Source of the DNA: Candidatus Binatia bacterium
GTDB taxonomy: Bacteria > Desulfobacterota > Binatia > HRBIN30
Direction of reading: 5' to 3'
Assembly (NCBI GenBank): GCA_038245295.1
Contig: JBBRSP010000048.1
Span: forward strand, 1 to 22,837
DNA: 22,837 bases
The number at the start of each line of letters is the position of its first letter. Positions within the stretch are counted from its first letter, which is position 1. This document shows positions 9,001-16,835 of this stretch, piece by piece. The notes under the pieces were generated by a model. The model was not told the origin of the DNA. It saw nothing but the letters and a program-made list of their open reading frames with translations, and did not search any database. The position numbers and the translations under genes are program-made.

Positions 9001-9066
9001 ATTGGGATGCACGGCAACACTGAACGCCATGACGAACGATACGATCGAGACCCTCAAAGTGCGCAT
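6037..9066 (-). CDS. Exported bifunctional YncE-like beta-propeller / phosphoesterase (alkaline phosphatase superfamily) with an N-terminal dockerin-like module and a C-terminal membrane anchor
   Basis: 1009 aa; signal peptide; CASDCNGDGQV..NELIRAV...CPPADTGRDGAVTVDE...GC module; propeller repeats (PxxxALSPDGxxLYV); phosphoesterase motifs HVVFIFKENRTYDQ, TPNHQALA, EVSILGHQW, EDDPQGGVDHVSAHR; C-terminal hydrophobic helix followed by RRRR. Confidence 0.88.
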   Translation of the reverse strand: MRTLRVSIVSFVMAFSVAVHPNAGHAALCASDCNGDGQVFVNELIRAVGVALESTPYRTCPPADTGRDGAVTVDEVLQGVQRGLDGCPAEIATFQAPEQVAPAGPMSGGLGILPSGRRVTPAGTQVATETMPLNMALTADGNTLVVTNDGYSDDHDELFLQAFDTHTLAVSKIDVQQFYGLAMTPGGESIFVGSDQNGTPDRIDKLTLHDGRLSKAETPFLTLPDNTFPSGLALSQDGSHLFALGMRTNSFLSIDLATKTVHQADKQAGNYPYSVLLAKDGKRAFVTSWGINNANPPDFVPAPLPPSDANKTERSALVEIDLTNPDAPVVLRHVPIARSVRVNHRTEHGGSHPSAMALSPDGAFLYITATNVDLLIVLDAATLTRIAEVPLNIFEPGPVDGQLQGLYPNALAVSPDGKRLYVADAGISAVQVINVDATARTFTTAGFIPTGWYPTSLALTNDGKRLYVGNTKAAAAGPNGGPGFNGTYNDSYIGQLLKGSLSVIDNVDQYDLQAGQAQVVVNCGFAPQTQRWVDGVAADGELQRGGPVPADFGAGPSEAIEHVVFIFKENRTYDQIYGTFPGGNGDPSLAEWASGPTPNHQALAREFAMGDNFFNDGEVSILGHQWQDQSNCTDWTEKLWPGNYDRNLPSGITEQGQEGFAKGGYLFDALERQDISFRVYGETLGLLSRFSTGINQGGVGSIALPLTQAFPGRLPTADEIFQIVNGDIESLRAKGVNIDILKNTVWPNQMLDYPANIIPNRLDTERAELFKGELDAYTARGVLPKFLFIWLPNNHTFGATPGEPTPRSAIADNDAGLGMVVDGLTHSPFWPKMAIFVTEDDPQGGVDHVSAHRTLDLVISPYAKRGYVSHRHHSSMSINKTMLLLMGAAPMSQYDRYATDMRDYFTTESDLTPYTARPRNFPPEVNPQPGAAPNVFLRQAGELSEDLDLSTYDLDGNEMSRILALVSMGEKAERASSLASAQVMIAFALLISSAVLYGRRRRTFEVSAP

Positions 9067-9127
9067 GGGCCACGCCTACCTCCGAGCCGCGCTCGTGGTC
9101 AATACGGTTCGCCCACGACGCCGCGCC

Positions 9128-9149
9128 CTTCACCGAATGTTCACAGGAA
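9128..9149. promoter_or_regulatory. 11-nt-periodic direct repeat (CTTCACC-gaat-GTTCACA-ggaa), Pho-box/OmpR-family-like site
   Basis: Two TTCAC cores exactly 11 nt apart in the divergent intergenic region; resembles the GTTCAC-based PhoP direct-repeat unit. Confidence 0.4.
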
Positions 9150-9203
9150 ACGGTCCGCTCGAGCTTGCCGATGCAGGGGCCGATCATCTAGGCAGCCCGC
9201 GTC

Positions 9204-11234
9204 ATGGCGTGGCAAGAGAAGCGGCGACTCGCCCACCTGTTGCTCGTGGCCGCAATCCTCACGGTGTGCGCCCGGCGCGGCAGCGCCGAGGATCGTGCCG
9301 CGCCTATCGCGGAGGTCGTCGTCACGGCAACGCGGACAAGCGCCAGCGCCGACGACGCGGCGGCTTCGGTAACGGTCATCGATCGCGCCGAGATCGACCG
9401 ACGCGCCGGCAGCTCGACAACCGAGGCTCTGCGCGGCACCGCCGGCATAGACCTGACGGAGTTCGGCAGCCCCGGCCAGGCATCCCTCGCCACGGTACGC
9501 GGCGCCGCCTTTGACGAAGTCCTGGTGATGATCGATGGCGTCGAAGTGAACACACCGAGTGCCGGCCAGTTCGATCTAGCCAACCTGAGCAACGACAATG
9601 TCGAACGCATCGAAGTGGTGCGCGGCGCCGGCGGCTCCCTCTACGGCGCCCAGGCGATCGGTGGTGTCGTCAACCTGCTGTCGGCGCGCGGCAGCGGTCC
9701 TCTGAGTCTTTCCGTCTCCGGCGAAGCCGGCTCCGGCACAACACATCGCGAAACCATCGGCCTGCAGGGTGAACACGGCCGTTTCTCCATCGCCGGTAGT
9801 GTGACCAACTTCATGACCGACGGATTCCAACCGGTGAACGACGACCACCGCAACCTATCGACGGCGTGGCGTGGTGACGTCGACGTCATCGATGGCGGCA
9901 CCTTTACCGGCGTTGTCCGCTACGCAACAACAAGGACCGGCCTGCCGAACTTTCAGATCGCCGAACAGCGCCTCGACGAAGATGCGCGGCGGCGCACGGA
10001 TTTCTTTCTCGCCAAAGGTGAATGGGCCCACGTCGTCGGCCCGCTCGATTATCGATTCACCGCCTCCTACGTCAGCAGCAACGAACGGACACGCGACGAC
10101 GAGGCCGACCCGGAAGAACCCGGCGAAACGGAAATACGGGTCCTGGCCCATATTCCGAGCGAGATCGTCGCCGGCGAAGCGCAAGCCAACTATTCGTTTG
10201 GCGACGTGGCGCTGACGACGGTCGGCGCCGAGGTCAAGGAGCGCTCGGCGCACATCTACAAGCAACAGCGGGATACCGAAGTCGACGAAGACGGCGAGGT
10301 AAGCGAGGAGGTCGAGATCGAAGATTTCCGCGCCAATCGCACCAGCTTCGGGCTGTATGCGCAACAGCAGCTGCACCTTCTCGAGCGCGTCCTCAACGCT
10401 GTCGCGGCGGTGCGTTACGACCGTTACGACGTCTTCGGCGATGAAGTGACCGTATCGGGCTCGGCCAGCTATCGCTTCGCGCCGACCGGGACACAGATCC
10501 GCGCCGGTTACGGCGAGGGGTTTCGCGTCCCGTCGTTCGACGAGCTCTTCGAGCTCGGCCTCGGCAATCCGAACCTGAAGCCCGAGCACAGCTGGGAGGT
10601 CCACGCCGGCCCGGTACAAGAGGCCTGGGACGGTCGCCTACGGCTCGAAGCGACGTTCTTCCATCGCGAGGTCACCGATTTCATCGCCGAGGTTGCCGAT
10701 CAGTTGCCGTCGAGCATCGCCGGCGTGCCGGAGAGCGCGAGCAATCCACTGACACGCAACCTCGACGCCACGTTCGACGGCGTCGACACCACCCTGGCGC
10801 TGCATCCGCTGCCATGGCTGCATGCCGAGGCGAACTACATGTACCTTGAAACGTCGACCGGTGGCTCCGGCGTCGTCAACAACGAAGCGGATAACTTCAA
10901 GGCCCTGCTGTATCGCCCGCATCATCGCGGCGCGGTCACGGTTACCGCGATCCACGATCATCTCCTCAGCGACGGCGATCGTGCCAGCGTCGCTCTGCGC
11001 GTCAGCTCCGTGGGTCGACGGTTGACGGCCGATCCGCAAAACGACTTCGAGGGTCGATCGACGCCCGGCTACGCCCGTGTCGATCTCTACCTGAACTATC
11101 GTCTCGGCGGCAGCTGGTCGCCGGTGTCGATCAACGCCTCGGTGCGCAACCTCTTCGATCGCAACTACGAAGAGTCCATCGGGTTCCCGGCACCGCCGCT
11201 GCGCGTGTTGGCCGGACTGCGCTACGACCTGTAA
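9204..11234 (+). CDS. TonB-dependent outer-membrane receptor (BtuB-like family; substrate unknown)
   Basis: Signal peptide, TonB box EVVVTATR, plug motifs 'VTVIDRAEI', 'VLVMIDGV', 'VERIEVVRGAGGSLYG..AIGGVVNL', GNPNLKPE, RNLFDRNY, terminal beta-strand AGLRYDL. Confidence 0.93.
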   Translation: MAWQEKRRLAHLLLVAAILTVCARRGSAEDRAAPIAEVVVTATRTSASADDAAASVTVIDRAEIDRRAGSSTTEALRGTAGIDLTEFGSPGQASLATVRGAAFDEVLVMIDGVEVNTPSAGQFDLANLSNDNVERIEVVRGAGGSLYGAQAIGGVVNLLSARGSGPLSLSVSGEAGSGTTHRETIGLQGEHGRFSIAGSVTNFMTDGFQPVNDDHRNLSTAWRGDVDVIDGGTFTGVVRYATTRTGLPNFQIAEQRLDEDARRRTDFFLAKGEWAHVVGPLDYRFTASYVSSNERTRDDEADPEEPGETEIRVLAHIPSEIVAGEAQANYSFGDVALTTVGAEVKERSAHIYKQQRDTEVDEDGEVSEEVEIEDFRANRTSFGLYAQQQLHLLERVLNAVAAVRYDRYDVFGDEVTVSGSASYRFAPTGTQIRAGYGEGFRVPSFDELFELGLGNPNLKPEHSWEVHAGPVQEAWDGRLRLEATFFHREVTDFIAEVADQLPSSIAGVPESASNPLTRNLDATFDGVDTTLALHPLPWLHAEANYMYLETSTGGSGVVNNEADNFKALLYRPHHRGAVTVTAIHDHLLSDGDRASVALRVSSVGRRLTADPQNDFEGRSTPGYARVDLYLNYRLGGSWSPVSINASVRNLFDRNYEESIGFPAPPLRVLAGLRYDL

Positions 11235-11238
11235 ATCC

Positions 11239-11259
11239 TTGCACCGAAAGGCGGTGCAA
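11239..11259. terminator. Hairpin between convergent genes, possible bidirectional terminator
   Basis: TTGCACCG-aaagg-CGGTGCAA, an 8-bp perfect stem 4 nt after the receptor stop; no strong U-tract. Confidence 0.5.
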
Positions 11260-11266
11260 CAGACGT

Positions 11267-11285
11267 CGCAGGCTTCAGCCTGCGG
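11267..11285. repeat. Partial REP copy CGCAGGCTTCAGCCTGCGG overlapping the symporter stop codon
   Basis: Identical to the core of the repeat at 20608-20633; contains the TGA (tca at 11275-11277) that ends the symporter gene. Confidence 0.75.
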
Positions 11286-12987
11286 TCGCTGAACTCCAGG
11301 TGCGAACCCCGTCGCCCCAGAATCGCTGCAACGCCAGAGACACGAGGACGACCACCGCGCAGCCGACGACATTGAACCACAGGAAGCCGAGATCCGATGC
11401 AAAGAACAGGATGATCACAAAAGCCTGGGCGATCAGTCCGGCGATGAAGACCGGCGTCGCCGTGACATGACGCAGAAAGAACGCGACGACGAAGAGCCCA
11501 AGGACAGTGCCGTAGAAGATCGAGCCAAGGATGTTCACCGCCTGGATCAAGTTGTCGAGGCGCGATGCAAAGAGGGCGAAGGCAATTGCCGCCACGCCCC
11601 ACAGAACCGTAAACAGCTTCGAGACGAACAGATCATGCTGCGGCGAATCATCGCTCTGGCGGATGCGTTTGTAGAGATCGACCACGGTCGTCGCTCCGAG
11701 CGCCGTCAATTCGCTGGCCGTCGAGCTCATCGCCGCACACAGGATCACCGCAATGAGCAATCCAACCAGACCATGCGGCACATAGGTCAGGACGAAGGTG
11801 AGGAAGACGTGATCGGTATCTTTGGCTTCCACACCCGTAACCGCTTTTCCCACCAGGTCGCGGGCTTCGCCGCGCAGGCCCTCGATGCGCGACGCCGCGG
11901 CACGCAAGTCGGCGCGCGCCGCGGCTTGGCGCTCGGCAGGTGCATCGATTGTCGAAACGTAGGCCGTCGCCGCCTCGCGCTGCGTTGCAAACGCCGCATC
12001 GTAGCGTCCCTGTAGATCGAGCAACGCGCCGGCGTGCGCGCTGCCGCGCACCCGCTCCAACAGCGACGTGTTGAAGAAAATCGGCGGCTGTGTGAACAGG
12101 TAGAACACGAACAACATCACGCCGGTGAACAGGATGACGAACTGCATCGGCACCTTGAGCATGCCGTTGAACAGCAAACCGAGGCGGCTCTCCGTAACCG
12201 AACGACCCGACAGATAACGCTGCACCTGCGACTGGTCGGTGCCGAAGTAGGATAGCGCCAGGAAGAAGCCGCCGGTGATGCCCGACCAGAACGTGTAGCG
12301 ACTGTTGGGATCAAGCTCGAAGCTGACGACGTTCATGCGATCGAGCGCCCCAGCCAGCTTGATGGCGGCGCGCAGCGACACACCTTCCGGCAAGCGCCAG
12401 ACGATCAGGCCGGCGGCAATCACCACGCCGGAGAGCATGACCACCATCTGTTGCTTCTGTGTCTGGCTCACCGCCTGCGTTCCGCCCGATACGGTGTAGG
12501 CGATGACGAACACACCAATCACGATGTTGGTGACATTGAGCGACCAACCAAAGAGCGAGCTCAGAATGATCGCCGGCGCGTAGATCGTAATTCCCGTCGC
12601 CAGTCCGCGCTGAATCAAAAAGAGGATCGCCCCGAGGTAGCGTACTCGGACATCGAAGCGATATTCGAGGTATTCGTAGGCCGTGTAGACCTTGAGTCGG
12701 TAGTAGATCGGCACGAAGACGGCGCTGATCACCACCATGGCCAACGGTAATCCGAAGTAGAACTGCACGAAGCGCATGCCGTCGGCATAGGCTTGCCCCG
12801 GCGTCGACAGGAACGTGATGGCGCTGGCCTGCGTCGCCATGATGCTCAAGCCAATCGTCGGCCAACGCAGTGTGTCGCCGCCGCGCAGATAGCCTTCCAT
12901 GTCGCGCACACCGCGCGTCTTCCACACGCCGTAGATGGCGATGAAGGCGAGTGTGCCGACCAGCACAAACCAATCGATGGGGCTCAC
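11275..12987 (-). CDS. Sodium:solute symporter (SSS/SLC5 family)
   Basis: Multiple TM helices; SSS motifs 'SIMATQASAITFLSTPG', 'TAYEYLEYRFD', 'YFGTDQSQVQRYL', 'AAMSST'. The likely start is GTG at 12987 (MSPIDW...), overlapping the upstream small ORF stop (GTGA), rather than the track start at 13068. Confidence 0.93.
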   Translation of the reverse strand: MSPIDWFVLVGTLAFIAIYGVWKTRGVRDMEGYLRGGDTLRWPTIGLSIMATQASAITFLSTPGQAYADGMRFVQFYFGLPLAMVVISAVFVPIYYRLKVYTAYEYLEYRFDVRVRYLGAILFLIQRGLATGITIYAPAIILSSLFGWSLNVTNIVIGVFVIAYTVSGGTQAVSQTQKQQMVVMLSGVVIAAGLIVWRLPEGVSLRAAIKLAGALDRMNVVSFELDPNSRYTFWSGITGGFFLALSYFGTDQSQVQRYLSGRSVTESRLGLLFNGMLKVPMQFVILFTGVMLFVFYLFTQPPIFFNTSLLERVRGSAHAGALLDLQGRYDAAFATQREAATAYVSTIDAPAERQAAARADLRAAASRIEGLRGEARDLVGKAVTGVEAKDTDHVFLTFVLTYVPHGLVGLLIAVILCAAMSSTASELTALGATTVVDLYKRIRQSDDSPQHDLFVSKLFTVLWGVAAIAFALFASRLDNLIQAVNILGSIFYGTVLGLFVVAFFLRHVTATPVFIAGLIAQAFVIILFFASDLGFLWFNVVGCAVVVLVSLALQRFWGDGVRTWSSATAG

Positions 12988-13130
12988 GCCGCCCACCGCG
13001 TCAATGCGTAGAACAGGAGGATCAGGACGCCGAGCTCCGCCATCACGACCCAATAGATGTTGCGCCACGAGCCGAGCAGCGGCGGTGGCAGCTCCGGTGC
13101 GGGGGACTTTTCGACGGCGCGCTTCGCCAT
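12984..13130 (-). CDS. 48-aa single-TM membrane protein, probable symporter accessory subunit (not in ORF track)
   Basis: Translated by hand: MAKRAVEKSPAPELPPPLLGSWRNIYWVVMAELGVLILLFYALTRWAA*; starts 4 nt after the PIG-L stop and overlaps the symporter start by 4 nt. Confidence 0.8.
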   Translation of the reverse strand: MAKRAVEKSPAPELPPPLLGSWRNIYWVVMAELGVLILLFYALTRWAA

Positions 13131-13134
13131 GCGC

Positions 13135-15618
13135 TCAATCCGCTGCGAGCAGGTTCAAGAACAAGCGATAGGCGCCCGGGACGCCCGCCGGCAGTTGGCG
13201 GAAGAACGCCAGGCCCGTGTAGACGTACCGCCCCTTACCGTGATGCGCCACGAGCAAGCCGCCGAGCAGCGGGTCCTCACCTGGATCGTGGGCGCGGAAG
13301 ATTGGCTGGTAGTGGTCATCCCATTTTTGCGCATAGTACAGGCCGCGCTCCTGGGCCCATCCGTCGAAGTCGGCGGCGGTAATCTGGTTCGGCTGCCGCA
13401 GCAGCGGCTGCTGCGGATCGACCGGCTCCATCACCGCGGTTTCGTCGGTCACCCGATCGCGGCCGATCTCCAAGGGGTACGGGCCGATCGGTGTGTCGAG
13501 CGGATCGAGGCGGTTCGAGGTGTTGTATTGCACCACGACGACGCCGCCGTTCTCGACATACTGCATGAGTCGCGCGTGCGTGCTGCGCAGCAGCGGGCGT
13601 GTATTGTAGGCGCGGATACCAACAACAATCGCGGCAAAGCGGCTGAGATCGCCGCTGCGAATCGTGTCGTCGTCGAGGACCTCAACCGCGACCCCAATAT
13701 GCGTCAGGTCTTCGGCGATGGTGTCGCCGGATCCGGGAATGTAGCCGACCCGCCCCTTCGGCAACTTCACGTCGAGAGGGACCAGTCGCAACGCGACGCG
13801 CTGCAAGACCGTCTGTTGCGGGATGTGGGGATAGTCGATGACATCCTCCCGATACGACCAACTCGCACCGGCAACTTCAACAGCCGGATGGATCGATACG
13901 GCGGCCCCGTCTTTCGGCGGCGTCACTTCAAAACGCAGCGTCGTCTCCTCACCGGCGTGGGCCAGGCTCACCGGTACGACGGCCGGCTGAGCCTGCCAAC
14001 CGGCGGGAAGGCCAAGCACCGCATCGCCGTGAAGGTCATCGCGACCCGCGCGCACGCGCAGGGTGATTGCGGTGGGCTCGTAATTTGCGAACATGATCGC
14101 CTGGCGCGTCGGCGTGATCGTCGCTGGCGGCACGACCTGAAAGTCGCGCAGGCGCTCGCCCTGCACGCGGTCGGTCCACGCATACTGGACTGGCGCGTCG
14201 AGCATGATGGTTCGTCCCGAAAACTCCAATTCGATCCTCGCCATGAGTGCCGCCGGCGCCTTCGGTTGGCCGATCAACGTTGGGTCTGCCACAAGCTGTC
14301 GCCCGGGCAGCGACGGATCCGCTAGCCAGTATGGCGTCGACACGGCCGCATCGGCAGCGATCGATATCTTGGCCGCCACTTCCTTCTTCTCCTCGAGTGT
14401 CAGCGCCGTATCGACAGGCACTTCGCTGGCTCCAGGAAAGACGACGCGGCGCAGGCGCAGCGCCGCCGGGCGGCGCTGCGTGACTTCGATTTTCACCGAC
14501 ACCTCGCTGCCCGGAACGGCACTAGGTTGCGCAGCCGTGGCGCGCACAAAGACTCCGGCGGCCGCAGCGATGATCTCATCGAGCGCCGTGCGCGCGGCCA
14601 ACACACGCACCACCGGCGGCAAAGCATCAAGCGCCTTGTGCGCCTGGATCAGCGCCGGCAGGGCGCGCTCCGGACGATCGCGTTCCAGGGCGGCTTGGGC
14701 CGCTTTCAGGGCCGCCGCCAACGGCTTGGCGCGCGATCCAAAACGACTCCATCCGACGTCAATACCTTCAAGAATGTCCTTGGTCGGCTTGCTGCCAGCG
14801 ACCGAGAGGAAACGCTCGATCAGCGGGCCGCGCTCACCGGCGACACCGAAGCCCTGGCTCTTGTGCTGACTGCGCGACAACGCCGCGAGCTCGCCGTAGC
14901 CGAGTCCAAGGCGCACGTCGTAGTCCCCGACATCCAGCGCCGACGCTCCGATTGGCGCTGGGTGGTCGGTCCACGTCGGCACGTTGAGCAACAAGCGTTC
15001 GGCCTGCCACGGCTCGAGGCCGGCGTCGATCTGGTCGGGGAAACGTTTTGGATCGGCCGCCGCCGAGTAGGCCTCACGCGCCAAGATGGCCGAGGCGGTG
15101 TGGTGCCCATGGTTCGGCGGCAATTCATTGAAGCGTGTGATGATCACATCGGGTTGAAAAGTTCGGATGACACGCACAACGTCGGCCAGCGCTTCGTCGT
15201 GGTCCCAGATCTCCAGGGTCTCGCTGGCGCTTTTCGAAAAGCCGAAATCTCGCATGCGCGTGAAGCGTTGCTGCGCACTGTCGATGCGACGTGCCGCCAA
15301 AAGCTCTTCGGTGCGGATTACATCGAGCAGTTCCGCCTGCTCTGTGCCCAACAGATTCTGCCCACCACCACCACGCGTCATCGAAAGGTATGCGGCGCTT
15401 ACGTGTCGGTTGTTGGCGAGGTAGCCGAGTAGACGGGTGTTCTCGTCGTCGGGGTGCGCGGCGATGTAGAGCACGCGGCCGGTGTTGGCGAGGCGATCGA
15501 GGGCGTGGGCAAGCTTTCCGGCATGCATCGGCGGCTCCTGGGCAACGGCGGGCGAGGCAGAGAAGAAACTGGCGACAAGGAATAGTAGCAAGGTGAGACT
15601 GAGTCGTGGAATTCTCAT
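13135..15618 (-). CDS. Exported PIG-L/LmbE-family Zn-dependent deacetylase/amidase with Ig-like (NEW3-like) domains and a C-terminal class I glutamine-amidotransferase-like domain
   Basis: 827 aa; signal peptide MRIPRLSLTLLLFLVASFFSASPAVA; AHPDDE, TRGGGGQN, RTEELLAARRID, DFGFSK and HGHH motifs; C-terminal 'GYIPGSGD...AIVVGIRAYN...YVENGGVVVVQY'. Confidence 0.92.
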   Translation of the reverse strand: MRIPRLSLTLLLFLVASFFSASPAVAQEPPMHAGKLAHALDRLANTGRVLYIAAHPDDENTRLLGYLANNRHVSAAYLSMTRGGGGQNLLGTEQAELLDVIRTEELLAARRIDSAQQRFTRMRDFGFSKSASETLEIWDHDEALADVVRVIRTFQPDVIITRFNELPPNHGHHTASAILAREAYSAAADPKRFPDQIDAGLEPWQAERLLLNVPTWTDHPAPIGASALDVGDYDVRLGLGYGELAALSRSQHKSQGFGVAGERGPLIERFLSVAGSKPTKDILEGIDVGWSRFGSRAKPLAAALKAAQAALERDRPERALPALIQAHKALDALPPVVRVLAARTALDEIIAAAAGVFVRATAAQPSAVPGSEVSVKIEVTQRRPAALRLRRVVFPGASEVPVDTALTLEEKKEVAAKISIAADAAVSTPYWLADPSLPGRQLVADPTLIGQPKAPAALMARIELEFSGRTIMLDAPVQYAWTDRVQGERLRDFQVVPPATITPTRQAIMFANYEPTAITLRVRAGRDDLHGDAVLGLPAGWQAQPAVVPVSLAHAGEETTLRFEVTPPKDGAAVSIHPAVEVAGASWSYREDVIDYPHIPQQTVLQRVALRLVPLDVKLPKGRVGYIPGSGDTIAEDLTHIGVAVEVLDDDTIRSGDLSRFAAIVVGIRAYNTRPLLRSTHARLMQYVENGGVVVVQYNTSNRLDPLDTPIGPYPLEIGRDRVTDETAVMEPVDPQQPLLRQPNQITAADFDGWAQERGLYYAQKWDDHYQPIFRAHDPGEDPLLGGLLVAHHGKGRYVYTGLAFFRQLPAGVPGAYRLFLNLLAAD

Positions 15619-15620
15619 CG

Positions 15621-16835
15621 CTATCTCCTGTTCCGATGAGACATAGGTCCCAAAGGACCTATAGGACCCATAGGCTGCATCTTTAAAATCTGCTGAAAAT
15701 AACTCTCATAGTGGTCGATCGCCGGTTCGCGTTGAAAATGGGCAAGCGCCTGCTGGCGCGCCGCGCGTCCGTAGACCATGCGGCGCTGCGGATCGCGCAC
15801 GACATCGAGCACGGCTGCCGCCAGTGCCTGGACATCAAAGGCCTGCACCAGAACGCCGGCGCCGTTTGTCACCAACTCGGCCAGCCCACCGACGCGGTAG
15901 GCAACCACCGGCACGCCGCAGCTCAGCGCCTCCAGGGCGGCAACGCCAAAGCTTTCACTTTCGCTGGTCAACAGGAACGCGTCGGCGTGCTGCAGGTGCT
16001 CGACGAAATCCGGCAGGCTGCCGAGGAAGCGGACACTGCCATCAACGCCCAACTCGCGGGCCCGCTGCTCCGTCCGGATACGCTGCGGGCCGTCGCCGAT
16101 CAGCACCAGACGAGCCGCCACCTGGCGACGCAGGCGAGCCAGCGTCTCGATGAGATCCACGGTGCGCTTGACCGGGCGGAAGTTGGACACATGGAAGAGG
16201 ATTGGTCCGCCCTCTTCGGTTGTCACGCCGAACAACTTGGCGAGCTTTGAGCGCCGCACCAACTCTGCCGGCGCGAAGTGGTCGGTATCGACGAAGTTGG
16301 GAATCACCTCGATCGGCAGGTCACCTGCCAGGCCGAGTCGTTCATGTGCCTCATTCTTCAGGAACTGCGACGGCACGGTCACGCCATCCGAGGCGGCGAC
16401 GGTGAAGGACGTCACGGCGCGATAACGCGGATCGGCGCCGAGACGCGTTACGTCGGTACCATGGAGTGTCGTGACGATACGTGGTGCTGCGGTTCCAAGA
16501 ACTTGCCGCGCCAGGTACGCACTCGCGGAGTGTGGCACCGCATAGTGGACGTGCACCAGATCGACATGTTGTGTTGTGGCGAGCTCGACGATCTTGGACG
16601 CCACCGCCAGGTCATACGGCGGGTGGTCGAGGATCGGGTAGTCACCGGCGGCGACCTCGTGAAAGGACAGGCCGGCGGCGGCGCTGGCCATGCGACTCGG
16701 CGGTGCCGTGGCGATGACGTGCACCTGATGCCCGCGGCGCGCCAGCCCGGCTGCCAGCTCCACGGCGATGACACCACTGCCACCGAGCGTCGGATAGCAA
16801 ACCGTAGCGATTGTTAGGCGCGCCTCAGGACCCAT
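15621..16835 (-). CDS. bshA: N-acetyl-alpha-D-glucosaminyl L-malate synthase (GT4), bacillithiol biosynthesis
   Basis: CYPTLGGSGVIAVELA, HVHYAVPH, TTLHGTDVT, HVSNFRPVKR and ESFGVAALEA motifs typical of BshA; likely ATG at 16835, overlapping the bshC stop. Confidence 0.93.
   Translation of the reverse strand: MGPEARLTIATVCYPTLGGSGVIAVELAAGLARRGHQVHVIATAPPSRMASAAAGLSFHEVAAGDYPILDHPPYDLAVASKIVELATTQHVDLVHVHYAVPHSASAYLARQVLGTAAPRIVTTLHGTDVTRLGADPRYRAVTSFTVAASDGVTVPSQFLKNEAHERLGLAGDLPIEVIPNFVDTDHFAPAELVRRSKLAKLFGVTTEEGGPILFHVSNFRPVKRTVDLIETLARLRRQVAARLVLIGDGPQRIRTEQRARELGVDGSVRFLGSLPDFVEHLQHADAFLLTSESESFGVAALEALSCGVPVVAYRVGGLAELVTNGAGVLVQAFDVQALAAAVLDVVRDPQRRMVYGRAARQQALAHFQREPAIDHYESYFQQILKMQPMGPIGPLGPMSHRNRR
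15642..15674. repeat. 9-mer tandem repeat (YATAGGACC-like) inside the bshA 3' end
   Basis: cataggtcc-caaaggacc-tataggacc-catagg; encodes PMGPIGPLGPM. Confidence 0.75.

Noticed and set aside
9067..9203. Cobalamin riboswitch and the gene symbol btuB for the receptor
   Set aside because: The region is short and lacks the conserved riboswitch motifs, and no btuFCD genes are nearby, so the substrate is left unassigned.
12988..13068. Track N-terminal extensions of the symporter (also bshA 16836-17021, AKR 20505-20552, ORF 2372-2413)
   Set aside because: The extensions overlap other genes or lack family-like sequence; downstream starts fit translational coupling, RBS position or the family N-terminus better.
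13057..14325. Long antisense and alternative-frame ORFs (e.g. 13057..14325 +, 2801..3982 -, 8347..9372 +, 21019..22041 +)
   Set aside because: They are shadows of well-supported genes in high-GC DNA and have no recognisable motifs.
13135..15618. Naming the PIG-L protein bshB
   Set aside because: It is over three times the length of BshB1/B2, has a signal peptide and extra domains, and its activity on GlcNAc-malate is unproven.
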